Positions 50,253 to 61,284 of a stretch of DNA of 64,000 bases are shown piece after piece. The notes beneath the pieces were generated by a model, which did not search any database, was not told the origin of the DNA, and saw only the letters and a list, made by a program, of their open reading frames with translations. The DNA comes from Poseidonia sp. (GTDB lineage: Archaea; Thermoplasmatota; Poseidoniia; Poseidoniales; Poseidoniaceae), in assembly GCA_965661285.1 (NCBI GenBank), contig CBFIDD010000002.1, positions 352,001-416,000 of the forward strand, in the 5' to 3' direction. A program made the position numbers and the translations under genes. Positions within the stretch are counted from its first letter, which is position 1. Each line of letters opens with the position of its first letter.

Positions 50253-51468
50253 GCGTCTCGATAACCATAGCGATGCCTTGCCCGCCACCGATACAGGCAG
50301 TCGCCACACCGTAGCGGCCGCCTGAGCGGTGAAGTTCGTGAGCAAGGGTCAGCACCAATCGTGTGCCGGTCGCGGCGAGCGGATGGCCCAAGCCAACCGC
50401 TCCTCCGTTCACGTTGACCTTCTCGACATCAAGGCCGAGGTCGTTGATGCAGGCAACGGCTTGTCCGGCAAAGGCTTCGTTGATTTCCCAGCGGTCAATA
50501 TCCTCAACGGTCAATCCAGCTCGTTCAAGGGCTTGGCGTGAAGAGGGGACGGGCCCGTAGGCCATGATGGCCGGCTCGAGCCCAACGATGCCCCACGAAA
50601 CGATTCGGGCCAGGGGCTTGTCGCCGTCGGCTTCGGCTTGGCTGGCGGATTTAATGACCACAGCCGCTGCACCGTCAACAACCCCCGAGGCGTTTCCTGC
50701 CGTGACGAAGGATTCGGGCCCGAAGGCGGTTGGAAGCCCTGAGAGGGATTCTTGGGTTGTGCCTCGAACGACGTGGTCTTCGTCGCTGTGGTTCAGCACC
50801 GTTTCACCACGGCGTGATTTGATGGTGACCGGCACGATTTCCGCCTCAAACACACCGTTGTCGATGGAGGAGGTGGTTCGTGCGTGGGAGAGCGCCGCAA
50901 AGGTATCGATTTCTTCTCGCGTCACGCCCTTTCGTCGGCACAGCTCATCGGAGGTTTGGGCCATGAACAAACCGCAGGTCATGTCTTGAAGGTTGGTCAT
51001 CATGTAGTCTTCGACCTTGGGTGAGCGACCAAGTTTCCAGCCGTCCCGTGCTCCTCGAAGAATGTGCGGGGCTTGCGAAAGGTTCTCCATGCCGCCTGAA
51101 ACCACGGTTTTGGCTTCACCGAGCATGATCATTTGGGCCCCAGAGACGATGGACTGGATGCCCGAGCCGCAGATTCTGGAGAGGGTGAGCATGGGCACTT
51201 CTTGAGGAATCCCGGCCTTCAGGCCAGCATGGCGAGCACCGTAGATGGACTGCGAACAGGTCTGCAGGGCATAGCCCATGACCACATGGTCCACGGATTC
51301 CGCAGCCGTTCCGGTCTTTTCGAGTGCGCCCTGAATGGCGATGGCACCAAGTTCTTGGGCGCTCACGGTCTTCAGGGCACCGCCCGCTTTTCCGTCGCCG
51401 CGCTTTCCACCAACCCATTCACAAAACGGTGTTCGAGCACCGCCAACAATGACCACGTCTTCGCTCAT
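50245..51468 (-). CDS. Acetyl-CoA C-acyltransferase (thiolase)
   Basis: RICGSG, NEAF, GHPLAATG, CIGGGQG. Confidence 0.95.
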   Translation of the reverse strand: MSEDVVIVGGARTPFCEWVGGKRGDGKAGGALKTVSAQELGAIAIQGALEKTGTAAESVDHVVMGYALQTCSQSIYGARHAGLKAGIPQEVPMLTLSRICGSGIQSIVSGAQMIMLGEAKTVVSGGMENLSQAPHILRGARDGWKLGRSPKVEDYMMTNLQDMTCGLFMAQTSDELCRRKGVTREEIDTFAALSHARTTSSIDNGVFEAEIVPVTIKSRRGETVLNHSDEDHVVRGTTQESLSGLPTAFGPESFVTAGNASGVVDGAAAVVIKSASQAEADGDKPLARIVSWGIVGLEPAIMAYGPVPSSRQALERAGLTVEDIDRWEINEAFAGQAVACINDLGLDVEKVNVNGGAVGLGHPLAATGTRLVLTLAHELHRSGGRYGVATACIGGGQGIAMVIETLK

Positions 51469-51532
51469 GATTCGCTGGACCCCAAAGCGGGGTATGAACA
51501 TCACGCCTCTTGGCGTTTGGAGGAATCGTGGG

Positions 51533-52177
51533 TCAACCGAACAATTTGCTGTCGTCCAGACCGTTGTTGGACACCATCAACGGGATCGCCACAATCAAGC
51601 CACAGATGGCGTTGCAGAACAACACCATGACCATGCCAACACCTTGAACGATGCCGCCCACATCTTGGAGGGCGTCGTACTCTTCCTGCGTGATGTCTTG
51701 GTCTTCCAACATTTGGTCGTAGATCTCGTCGACCATGGTAAGTTGTCCCATGCCCACACCAGCGCTCAGAATGATCGCAAGGAGAAGCACCATCACGCCG
51801 CGTCGCTGATAATTCATCAACATCACACCACCGACAACAGTGGCGACACCAAGACCGATGTTGGCCACGTCAAAGCTGATGAGAGCGGCGTTGTCCATGG
51901 ATAATGAGCCTAGGAGATTGAAGACGTTGCCGAGCACGCCAGCGAGTACCCCGTAAATGATGACGAGGATACCGATGACCTTCGCTGCGCCAGACGGCGG
52001 TTGAAGATAGATGAGTTGCCCGGTGGGCATTTGGGTGGTCCCCGTGAGCATCGTGCCCTGGTTCATCGGTGAATAGCCATCCGAGATGGAGACCGGTTGG
52101 GGGGCGGTGGACATGGCGTCGTCTGGTTTGGGTTGGGCTTTTTCAGGGACATCGTCCCACGGTGAATCACCTTGCAT
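51533..52177 (-). CDS. Hypothetical membrane protein (4 TM)
   Basis: Disordered N-terminus followed by four hydrophobic helices. Confidence 0.75.
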   Translation of the reverse strand: MQGDSPWDDVPEKAQPKPDDAMSTAPQPVSISDGYSPMNQGTMLTGTTQMPTGQLIYLQPPSGAAKVIGILVIIYGVLAGVLGNVFNLLGSLSMDNAALISFDVANIGLGVATVVGGVMLMNYQRRGVMVLLLAIILSAGVGMGQLTMVDEIYDQMLEDQDITQEEYDALQDVGGIVQGVGMVMVLFCNAICGLIVAIPLMVSNNGLDDSKLFG

Positions 52178-52272
52178 GGCGAATGCTAGGCTTGGTGCCC
52201 TTTGATAGTTTCTCGTATTCTACGGAAGGGTCGTGTTCTTGAAGCAGGAACGCTTGGTTTGAGACAGGGGGC

Positions 52273-53157
52273 GTGGAAATGAACATCCTGGTGGTTTTCA
52301 AGAAAAACTTCGAGGGCGTCCACGATGAGGGGCTGATGTCGCTCAAAGAAATCCTGAACCGGGTGGCATCGACGACCCACCATATCGACTACAAGCCTCG
52401 GGAACATGTTCGGAGAGCCGATTTTATCGCCCGTGATTTGGTGATCGTGTTCGGCGGCGATGGCACCCTCACCTCGCTGTCCCACAACATCGATGCTGCC
52501 ACGCCGGTCATGGGCGTGAATTCCCATCCCCGAACCGAAGACCCCGAGGGAAGTTATGGATTCTACATGGACTCCTCCACCTCAACATTCGAGGAGGATT
52601 TCGCCAGCGTGGTCGCCGGAAGCGCCATCATCAACGAACTGCCCCGTCTTCAAGCCATCATCGACACGACCTCGGGCAACCGATTCACCAGCGACCCTGC
52701 CATGAACGATTTGCTCATCGCCAACACGCACCAATACGCTCCGAGCAAGTACCACCTGCGACGTGGCGACCAGCAAGGCCACCAGCAGAGCAGCGGGTTG
52801 TTGTTCTCAACATGGTACGGACAGGGCGCCTGGCTTCGAAACGCCATGGGCGACGCCGAATTTTCCGCCCTAAAGCAACGGGCTGGAAACAACCGCTCAC
52901 CGCACCACTACTTCGTCCTCGCAAGGGACCTCTCACCCGAACAGCGGCAATTGATGCCGTGGGCGTGGGCCGATTGGACCGACGAAGAAACGACCATCAC
53001 ATCGGACATGCATCGTGGCTACGTGGTCCCCGACGGTTGGGACGAGGTGCACTTCAACCGGGGCGCCACCATCACGGTCAATGCCGAGGCCCCAACGCTG
53101 ACGCTCTTGACGTTCAGGACGACCATCGAGGCGAAACTGAGCGCCGCCTTCAACTGA
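52273..53157 (+). CDS. NAD(+)/NADH kinase family protein
   Basis: GGDGT, GVNSHP, ND motif, SSGLLFST...G. Confidence 0.8.
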   Translation: MEMNILVVFKKNFEGVHDEGLMSLKEILNRVASTTHHIDYKPREHVRRADFIARDLVIVFGGDGTLTSLSHNIDAATPVMGVNSHPRTEDPEGSYGFYMDSSTSTFEEDFASVVAGSAIINELPRLQAIIDTTSGNRFTSDPAMNDLLIANTHQYAPSKYHLRRGDQQGHQQSSGLLFSTWYGQGAWLRNAMGDAEFSALKQRAGNNRSPHHYFVLARDLSPEQRQLMPWAWADWTDEETTITSDMHRGYVVPDGWDEVHFNRGATITVNAEAPTLTLLTFRTTIEAKLSAAFN

Positions 53158-53210
53158 AACCGATTGGCGCGTTCGCCAAATCGGTGTAAAAAGTAAACTT
53201 GGTGATCGAT

Positions 53211-53254
53211 AAAAAAAGGGTTGGAGACTGGGGTCGCAAGCGACCCCAGCCTCC
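53211..53254 (-). terminator. Hairpin plus U-tract 3' of the 16S gene (terminator or processing element)
   Basis: ggag-a-ctggggtcgc-aa-gcgaccccag-c-ctcc at 53223-53254; A7 at 53211-53217 gives U7 on the minus strand. Confidence 0.6.
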
Positions 53255-53262
53255 GGTTTCTT

Positions 53263-54718
<1,456 letters not shown>

Positions 54719-54984
54719 TCTCTTGTTTCGATCCTTTGGCTACCTGTCGCATTGAATTTGATTTGCTGACCTAAAATTGATTGGCGAGAGAATAATGCAC
54801 TTGAGCTCTTTGCACAAATACGTCATAATCTCGATCACCTACCTGACCCCAAAGCCCGAGTAGGCCTGCTTGGGATCGCAATCGCTTCGGCTTTGCATCA
54901 GGGAGGATGGAGACGGTCATTGTCCGAAGACTCTGCCCCCAACGCCGTTCCCATACGACGCAAGCAACCAAGCCACATACAACC

Positions 54985-54993
54985 TGTATATGA
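54985..54993 (-). promoter_or_regulatory. Putative TATA box of the 16S rRNA gene
   Basis: TTCATATAC-like AT box on the minus strand about 270 nt upstream of mature 16S. Confidence 0.35.
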
Positions 54994-55051
54994 ACATAAC
55001 CGCCGCCAAAGCGCCTCAAAAATGAGGCACTGCGAGCCAAACCGAGTCAAA

Positions 55052-55429
55052 TCAAGGGTTCTCAGCGTCATCGAAGGTCCAGAACGAGGCTGCGGGTGCA
55101 TCGGCCGATTCCACCTCATCCGCCTTCTCGATACCTGCTGGCTCACCTTTCTGGGTCAACCCGTAGCCCCACACACCGCCCTTATTCTCGCTCATCGGTG
55201 CCTCCGAGGGAGAACCAGCGGGTTCATCATCGGGCACCTCGGTTCGGTCCTCGCCCGTGCTGGCGACCCTCTCCGGCTGGACGAACTCCCCGGGGTATCG
55301 CTGGACCAACACATGGTGCAAGAGTCGCTGGGCATCCTCGGTGGAACGCACGGTGGTCAAGCCAGCCCCTTCGTAGAGCGGACGCCTGTACATCTCCTTG
55401 AACGGACGGTCGCCGTATGGCTCCAGCAT
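55052..55429 (-). CDS. Hypothetical acidic protein
   Basis: 125-aa ORF downstream of secY on the same strand; acidic, Pro-rich C-terminal half. Confidence 0.55.
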   Translation of the reverse strand: MLEPYGDRPFKEMYRRPLYEGAGLTTVRSTEDAQRLLHHVLVQRYPGEFVQPERVASTGEDRTEVPDDEPAGSPSEAPMSENKGGVWGYGLTQKGEPAGIEKADEVESADAPAASFWTFDDAENP

Positions 55430-55496
55430 GAATTCAGGGTCATGCCCGGCTCGCCTTCCACCATGAATGATGAACCGTTCTCCTCCAAATGAAGGA

Positions 55497-57428
55497 TTAC
55501 TCGGCACCGAAGAACTGGCGTATCATCGGGTGCATTTCCATGGCCTGTTCCTTCTGGATTTGCTCGTAGGTACGTAGAATGATACCGACGGCCAAAAGCA
55601 GTCCTGTACCCGTCGCGTTACCTACCGTACCCAGCAGGTCTGCACCTGCTGCGAGTAGACCCACAAACGCACCGGAGAAGTAGGTCACCGGCGGAATGTA
55701 GTTCTCAAGGATCTTCTCCAGAACCTTGGGGTTCTTTCGGAACCCGGGAATCTGCATGCCCGTGCGTTCGATTTGCTTGGCGACGTCCTTGGTACCCATG
55801 TTGGTGGTGTCAATCCAGAACTTCGCGAAGACCATCGAACCGACCGTCATCAACGCCACATAGAACACCACGTGGACCATGATTTGCGTTAAGGAGTGAC
55901 CAAAGACGTCACCCTGCTGGTTGAGCAGCGGAATCAGCCAGTCGTTCACGCCGTTCACCATGCTGGCGTACCAGGCAAACCCGCCTGAAGCCGTGGTCTG
56001 GCCCGGTTCATACGTACCGATGAAGGCTGACGCCGACATCCAACCGTTCTGACCGAGAATCGGTGTTTGACTGAGCGTCGGATGGCTCCAGAACAAGAGC
56101 GTGAACATGTTGATGTTGGCAAGGAGGGCCGCCATCAAAATGACCGGAATGTTCGATGCGTAGACCAAACGAATCGGGTACTTACCACGATGGCCACGAA
56201 CCTTGCCGTGGGTAAGTGGCAATTCGAGCTTGCTGGATTCTGCGTAAGCCACGACGAGGAACACAATGATCGACGAGACCAAAGCCGCAACGGGATTGAC
56301 GTGCGTCAGTAGCATCACTTCGAACCCGTTTGATTGAATCATTTCGTAGTTGGTTGACTCCCTGAACATGTAGAAAATCATCGGTAGTGTCCCGGAAGGT
56401 GGGTTCTGAATGGAGTAGGGTGCACCGGTGGTGGTGGCGAGTGGCGAGAGCGTTCCCACAAACGTGGATTGTGCCACACCGGCGGCGATAAACAGCGAGA
56501 TACCGGACCCAATACCCCACTTGCTGACGAGTTCGTCAAGCAGGAACACGAGGTAGGAACCGGCGAAGAGTTGCGCCACGATCACGAAGTTGGCCCAACC
56601 GAGACCGTAAGCGTCAATGAGCCACTCGCTGGGGTCGAGGAACCCGTAGGTTTGTGGAATCGATTCGATGGGAATCATGATGAGAACGAGGAGTTTCTGC
56701 ACACCTTGGTACATGGCCTTGTCTTCTGAGTTGCTGAGGTCAAGACGGATGATCTTGGCACCGGCGAACAACTGCATGATAATGGAGCCCGTAACGATGG
56801 GACCGATACCCAAGTGCATGATGGTACCTGAAGCACCGGCCATGATGGAGCGGAACCCACTGAACAAGTCAAGGGCTTGACCAGAGAGACCGAACAACAT
56901 GACGTTGGTCATGGCGAAGTAGATGATGAGCACAAAGGTGGTGGTCCACATCTTCTCGTTGAAGCGAACGTGTCGCTCAGGCTTGGTGATGGTCGGGTAA
57001 ACGTCCACGAAGCGGCTGAGAGCATAGAGACGGCTGCTTTGGTCGCCGCTCCACATGAAACATGTCAAAATGGCAGCAGCAGCAAAGCCGAGCAAAATGA
57101 TGCCCACGAGGAAAAAGCCCACGCCTTCATCATAACCGCCCCAGGCATCGGGACGGACGTACCACACGGCAATGGAGAGGAAGGCGAGCCAACCCGTCAG
57201 TTTACCGTAGCGGCCAACAAAGGGCATGTCCTTGAGTCCGGGTGGAAGGTCGCGCTGGAAACACAGCATGCAGTAGCCCAGGTAGAACACGGAGAACACC
57301 AAGCCGAACACAGCGGCGTCTCGCGCTTGCCCGGTCCCTGACAGTTCGTCTGACTGCCAGTAGATCAACAGGGCGTAGTACAGGACACCGGTCAGTGCGA
57401 TGGCCCATGGAATTGGCTTATGCTTCAT
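55497..57428 (-). CDS. secY: Preprotein translocase SecY with an N-terminal 4-TM extension
   Basis: LGIGPIVTGSII, SKWGIGSGISLFI, YPIRLVYASNIP, IPGFR, GTGLLL; 643 aa. Confidence 0.96.
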   Translation of the reverse strand: MKHKPIPWAIALTGVLYYALLIYWQSDELSGTGQARDAAVFGLVFSVFYLGYCMLCFQRDLPPGLKDMPFVGRYGKLTGWLAFLSIAVWYVRPDAWGGYDEGVGFFLVGIILLGFAAAAILTCFMWSGDQSSRLYALSRFVDVYPTITKPERHVRFNEKMWTTTFVLIIYFAMTNVMLFGLSGQALDLFSGFRSIMAGASGTIMHLGIGPIVTGSIIMQLFAGAKIIRLDLSNSEDKAMYQGVQKLLVLIMIPIESIPQTYGFLDPSEWLIDAYGLGWANFVIVAQLFAGSYLVFLLDELVSKWGIGSGISLFIAAGVAQSTFVGTLSPLATTTGAPYSIQNPPSGTLPMIFYMFRESTNYEMIQSNGFEVMLLTHVNPVAALVSSIIVFLVVAYAESSKLELPLTHGKVRGHRGKYPIRLVYASNIPVILMAALLANINMFTLLFWSHPTLSQTPILGQNGWMSASAFIGTYEPGQTTASGGFAWYASMVNGVNDWLIPLLNQQGDVFGHSLTQIMVHVVFYVALMTVGSMVFAKFWIDTTNMGTKDVAKQIERTGMQIPGFRKNPKVLEKILENYIPPVTYFSGAFVGLLAAGADLLGTVGNATGTGLLLAVGIILRTYEQIQKEQAMEMHPMIRQFFGAE

Positions 57429-57446
57429 TGAGAATCACCCAGGAAT

Positions 57447-57875
57447 TCACTCTTCTTCCCATTCGTCATCCCAGTCGTCGTCTCCACCGGATTGGACGGT
57501 GCCGCCTGCGGCGGCAACCTTCTCAGCGGCTCGAGCGCTGACTTCGTCAACAATAACGGTCAGGGCGGTGCGGATTTGACCGCTGCCGAGCAACTTGTCA
57601 ATGCCTTTTTCGGTCAAGTTCACGGTATCAGCACCGTCGGCCATCTCTTCGAGTTGACTGACATTGGCCGTGACATAGACCGTACGAAGCGTGGGGTGAC
57701 GGTTGAAACCGTGCATGCCCCAGTGCTTTGGCATGTACTTGATTCGGGTCATGACGCGGTGTTTGTTCATACCGGCGTTTCCTCGGCCACCACGCTTTCC
57801 AGCGCCACGACCGGCTTTCTTTCCTCGACCGTGGTAGCGGTTGCGTCCACGGTGCTTGTTTGCTTTTGTTCCCAT
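57447..57875 (-). CDS. rpl15: 50S ribosomal protein uL15
   Basis: RGAGKRGGRGNAG, KLLGSG, KVAAAGG. Confidence 0.95.
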   Translation of the reverse strand: MGTKANKHRGRNRYHGRGKKAGRGAGKRGGRGNAGMNKHRVMTRIKYMPKHWGMHGFNRHPTLRTVYVTANVSQLEEMADGADTVNLTEKGIDKLLGSGQIRTALTVIVDEVSARAAEKVAAAGGTVQSGGDDDWDDEWEEE

Positions 57876-57885
57876 CTCATTCACC

Positions 57886-58356
57886 TCAAATCATTCGGTC
57901 GACAAGGTCGCCGATGGCATCTCCACGGGAGCCGAGGGCTCCACCGACGACGAAGCTGCGCTTGATGCCGCCCCAGCCCTTCGTTCCTCGAGGGGGGTGG
58001 AGGCGGAAAACACGCTTCAGTCCTGGAATGTCTTTCACCTGAGCCTCACCAGCGGTGATGGCCTTAGCAAAGTCGCTGATGTTCTTGTAGTCGGTGTGCT
58101 CAGCGACGATGTCATCGGTCAGCGGAGCGTTGCCGGCCATTCGGCCTCGCTCGGCGAGCATGCGCTCGACCAAGGCTTCGTCGGCTTGGCCCCACGTGAT
58201 GTAGTCTTTGGCCTTCTGAAGCATGCCACGGTATTGCGGGTTGTCAGGAATGATGACGGCGTGATTGACACGGGTCAGGTTCATGTGACCCATGGTCTCG
58301 CGAATCGATCGCTCAACCTTGACATCGCTTCGTGCTCGTACAACAATAAACGTCAT
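57886..58356 (-). CDS. rpl30: 50S ribosomal protein uL30
   Basis: GMLQKAKDYITWG, FRLHPPRG. Confidence 0.95.
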   Translation of the reverse strand: MTFIVVRARSDVKVERSIRETMGHMNLTRVNHAVIIPDNPQYRGMLQKAKDYITWGQADEALVERMLAERGRMAGNAPLTDDIVAEHTDYKNISDFAKAITAGEAQVKDIPGLKRVFRLHPPRGTKGWGGIKRSFVVGGALGSRGDAIGDLVDRMI

Positions 58357-59120
58357 GCATTCTTCCTCCCGGTGTGGATGTAGAGATTTTCACGCTGGGC
58401 GTTGGTGACGCGGGTCGTGTTGATGTTCTTCAACGCATTGAACGTAGCAGCGGCGTAGTTGATGGTTGTGCGGGTCTGTCCCTTGGTTCGGGAGAGCACG
58501 TCCTCGATACCAGCGAGTTGCAGAACGCTCTTGCCGGTTTGGCCGATGACCAAGCCCTTGCCCTTTGCAGCGGGCATGAGGGTGACACGGGTTGAGGCAG
58601 CTCGTCCGTTGACCTTGAACGGCACGGTGTTGCCGGGGCCGGGTGTGGATTCCCACGAGCCGTTGCCACGCTGGACAGCGATGAGATTCAACTTGGCGGC
58701 GGTGATGGCCTTGCGGATGGCGGTAGCGACTTCCTTGGCCTTGGCCATCCCAAGTCCGACGTAGCCGTCTCGGTTGCCGACGCAGGCCATGACGTTGAAG
58801 CGGACACGTCGACCGCTGTCGGTCATGCGCTGAACCATGTTGACGTCAATGACTTCGTCTTCGAGGTCGGGGATGAGTGCATCCACGATTTCGACCTCGC
58901 GAATAGGGAGACCGGAAGCAAGCGCTGCCTCGTAGCTGATGATTTTCCCAGCCATCACCGCAGCACCGAGGCGCGTGCGGGGTTCCCACTTGAGCAGGTT
59001 CGCAATCGGGTCGTCCTGATTGCGACGGCGGCGACGTGGGTCAGGTGCGTCTTCAACTTCTTCGGGGTTGTAGGCCCTGTGGAGACCAGGGGCCATGGTG
59101 GTTGTTTCTTCTTCACTCAT
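58353..59120 (-). CDS. rps5: 30S ribosomal protein uS5
   Basis: WEPRTRLG, VQRMTDSGRR, GNRDGYVG. Confidence 0.96.
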   Translation of the reverse strand: MSEEETTTMAPGLHRAYNPEEVEDAPDPRRRRRNQDDPIANLLKWEPRTRLGAAVMAGKIISYEAALASGLPIREVEIVDALIPDLEDEVIDVNMVQRMTDSGRRVRFNVMACVGNRDGYVGLGMAKAKEVATAIRKAITAAKLNLIAVQRGNGSWESTPGPGNTVPFKVNGRAASTRVTLMPAAKGKGLVIGQTGKSVLQLAGIEDVLSRTKGQTRTTINYAAATFNALKNINTTRVTNAQRENLYIHTGRKNA

Positions 59121-59629
59121 CAGTAAGCCCCCTCAATGGTTTTCTTGGTGGTTTCAATATCGCCAGCAACGCTGTCGTCGATGTGGGAACCGTTCAGGCG
59201 CTCCTCATCGGGGTAGACATCCTCGCTGTGTGGAAGGTCAAGACCTGCATCACTCATGCCCTTGAGGGCGGCGTACACACGGCCACCTCGGGTGCTGGCA
59301 GCCAAGCCGATGTCGAGCACGGCTTCGCTGGCACCAGAGGCAACGGCGGCTTTGCCCATGGCAAAACCGACGAGGTAGGATGCGGGAACGGATTTGAGCG
59401 AGCGGTTGCTTGGCCACCCGTATTTCTTGACCAGATCAGAGCCCGTAACGGACACCGATACGAGGTCACCATCAGCAGCCCAGTTGACCAACTGACACGT
59501 GGTGCGGGTGTTCGACACACGGACAACGGCACGAGGCATTTGTCCACGCAGCAACTTGAGACGGCGACGGTAGTCGGTGAGGCCGGACTTTCGTCGGCGG
59601 AAGATGGAGCGTCGGTTGTTGCCTGCCAT
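59120..59629 (-). CDS. rpl18: 50S ribosomal protein uL18
   Basis: RRRKSGLTDYRRRLKLL, AVLDIGL, DLPHS. Confidence 0.95.
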   Translation of the reverse strand: MAGNNRRSIFRRRKSGLTDYRRRLKLLRGQMPRAVVRVSNTRTTCQLVNWAADGDLVSVSVTGSDLVKKYGWPSNRSLKSVPASYLVGFAMGKAAVASGASEAVLDIGLAASTRGGRVYAALKGMSDAGLDLPHSEDVYPDEERLNGSHIDDSVAGDIETTKKTIEGAY

Positions 59630-60090
59630 CACTCATCCCCTCCTTTGAGTTCAACACCCTCGAGCGCCATCTGAGAGCGCATGTGGGCGATGGAACGGTA
59701 GGAACCGCCCTTGGCCTTCAGGTAGTAGCGGCGATATTGCGACGGTTCGATAGTGCTGTCCTCTCGAAGTTCTTTCAACACACGGCGCTGGCTGCGAATG
59801 GTCCGCATCCAGCGGTTCTTTCGTGGGTTGCGAGCGTTGGACGAACCGGCACGGGTACCTTGTCCCTTGCGGCGTCCTTTTTTCTTCTGAGCCAGTCGAG
59901 CACGAGCACGCACACGGGATGTCCCCTTGACGGGCTTGGCACGAATCCATCCTTCGTCGATGAACTCGCGGATATCGTCGGTTTGCACGGCCGAAGCCAC
60001 CTGGTCGACGTAGAGCGGGTTGATCCACACTCGGTTCTCGCCGCACTTGAGCAGACGAGCTGCGATTCGCTTTTGATTGGTGATTTGCAT
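59629..60090 (-). CDS. rpl19e: 50S ribosomal protein eL19
   Basis: QKRIAARLLKCGENRVW, KGRRKGQGTR, YLKAKGG. Confidence 0.96.
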   Translation of the reverse strand: MQITNQKRIAARLLKCGENRVWINPLYVDQVASAVQTDDIREFIDEGWIRAKPVKGTSRVRARARLAQKKKGRRKGQGTRAGSSNARNPRKNRWMRTIRSQRRVLKELREDSTIEPSQYRRYYLKAKGGSYRSIAHMRSQMALEGVELKGGDE

Positions 60091-60725
60091 CAAACATCCC
60101 TCCGTCGGTTCAACACACGAACACCGAGTTCATCGGCTCGTGCGTAAATCTGTTCTCGCTTGCGCCCGCCGACCGATGCGCCAACACGGGCGGCTTCGGT
60201 CTCGGGGTCAACGGCTTCGAGGTCGGCGGTGTTGTGCACCATCACTTCACGGAAGCCGGACGGGTGAAGGAATCGGGCAGCGGCGACTTTGCCGTGTCCA
60301 ATTCGCACGAGTGAACCTCGGTACTTGTAGTTGCGACGTTGCTTGTTGTCCATACCGTGAGGAGCACGCCATCCGGAGCGTGAGAGACGCTTGTAGCGGA
60401 ACCATTCGGTTCGTCGGAAGGATGGTGTCTTCTTTTTCTGCGCAGCTCGCAAGGCGAGGACGGCCTTCATCTCATCGTCAAGAACAGGCTTCTGCTTGAC
60501 CATGTAGACATCGTCACCTTCGTCGTCCCAGTCCTCGTCGTCCCATGCATCGTCATCGTCTGCGCCCTCTACTGGAGCGTCCTCTTCAACGATGTCATCG
60601 GATTGACCGCCTGCTTCCTGCAGACGTTCGATGAGGTCGGATTTCTTTCCGGACACAGGGAGACCCTGTTCCTTTAGCAACTCTTTGAGTTGGGCAACGG
60701 TCATTGATTCGTAATCTTCAGCCAT
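60090..60725 (-). CDS. rpl32e: 50S ribosomal protein eL32 with N-terminal SAP domain and acidic linker
   Basis: FRRTEW, WRAPHG, LHPSGF, VGGRKR, RVLN; N-terminal SAP motif. Confidence 0.95.
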   Translation of the reverse strand: MAEDYESMTVAQLKELLKEQGLPVSGKKSDLIERLQEAGGQSDDIVEEDAPVEGADDDDAWDDEDWDDEGDDVYMVKQKPVLDDEMKAVLALRAAQKKKTPSFRRTEWFRYKRLSRSGWRAPHGMDNKQRRNYKYRGSLVRIGHGKVAAARFLHPSGFREVMVHNTADLEAVDPETEAARVGASVGGRKREQIYARADELGVRVLNRRRDV

Positions 60726-60730
60726 ATCAA

Positions 60731-61273
60731 TCACTCCTTGTTCAGCAGGTAAATACCATCCTGGAAGACACGGCGGTCTCGGTTCTTCACGGTCGTGCAG
60801 CGCTCAATGTTCGCTGCGGTTTGACCAACAGCTTCCTTGTCAATGCCGGAAACGGTGACTTCGGTTTTGTTGGAAACCTTGACGTCAACGTTGTCGAGAA
60901 TGTGAGCCGTTCGAGGAACTCGCTCCCCAAAGTAGTTGTTCACTTGGAAGGTGTTGCCGTTCACGGCCAACGTCATCGGGAAGTGAGAGTAGAACGCCTT
61001 CAGGTTGTAGGTGAAGCCGTCGGTCACGCCCTTGACCATGTTGTTGAGATGAGCGTTCCATGTGCCGGCGAGCGCTCGCTGCTTGCGGCGTGGGAGATCC
61101 ACACGAACGATGAGCCCAGCACCGTCTTGGTGGAGTTGGACGACATCGCTTTGGAAGGTGCGGTTCAATGTCCCCCTGGGGCCGGTAATGGTCACGACGC
61201 CATCTTCGCTGATGTTGGCAGTAACGCCTTCAGGGATGGTTACGGTGTGTTCGATTCTGTCGAGTTTTACCAT
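60731..61273 (-). CDS. rpl6: 50S ribosomal protein uL6
   Basis: YSHFPM, GQTAANIE, RDRRVFQDGIY. Confidence 0.97.
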   Translation of the reverse strand: MVKLDRIEHTVTIPEGVTANISEDGVVTITGPRGTLNRTFQSDVVQLHQDGAGLIVRVDLPRRKQRALAGTWNAHLNNMVKGVTDGFTYNLKAFYSHFPMTLAVNGNTFQVNNYFGERVPRTAHILDNVDVKVSNKTEVTVSGIDKEAVGQTAANIERCTTVKNRDRRVFQDGIYLLNKE

Positions 61274-61284
61274 ATTTGTTCACC

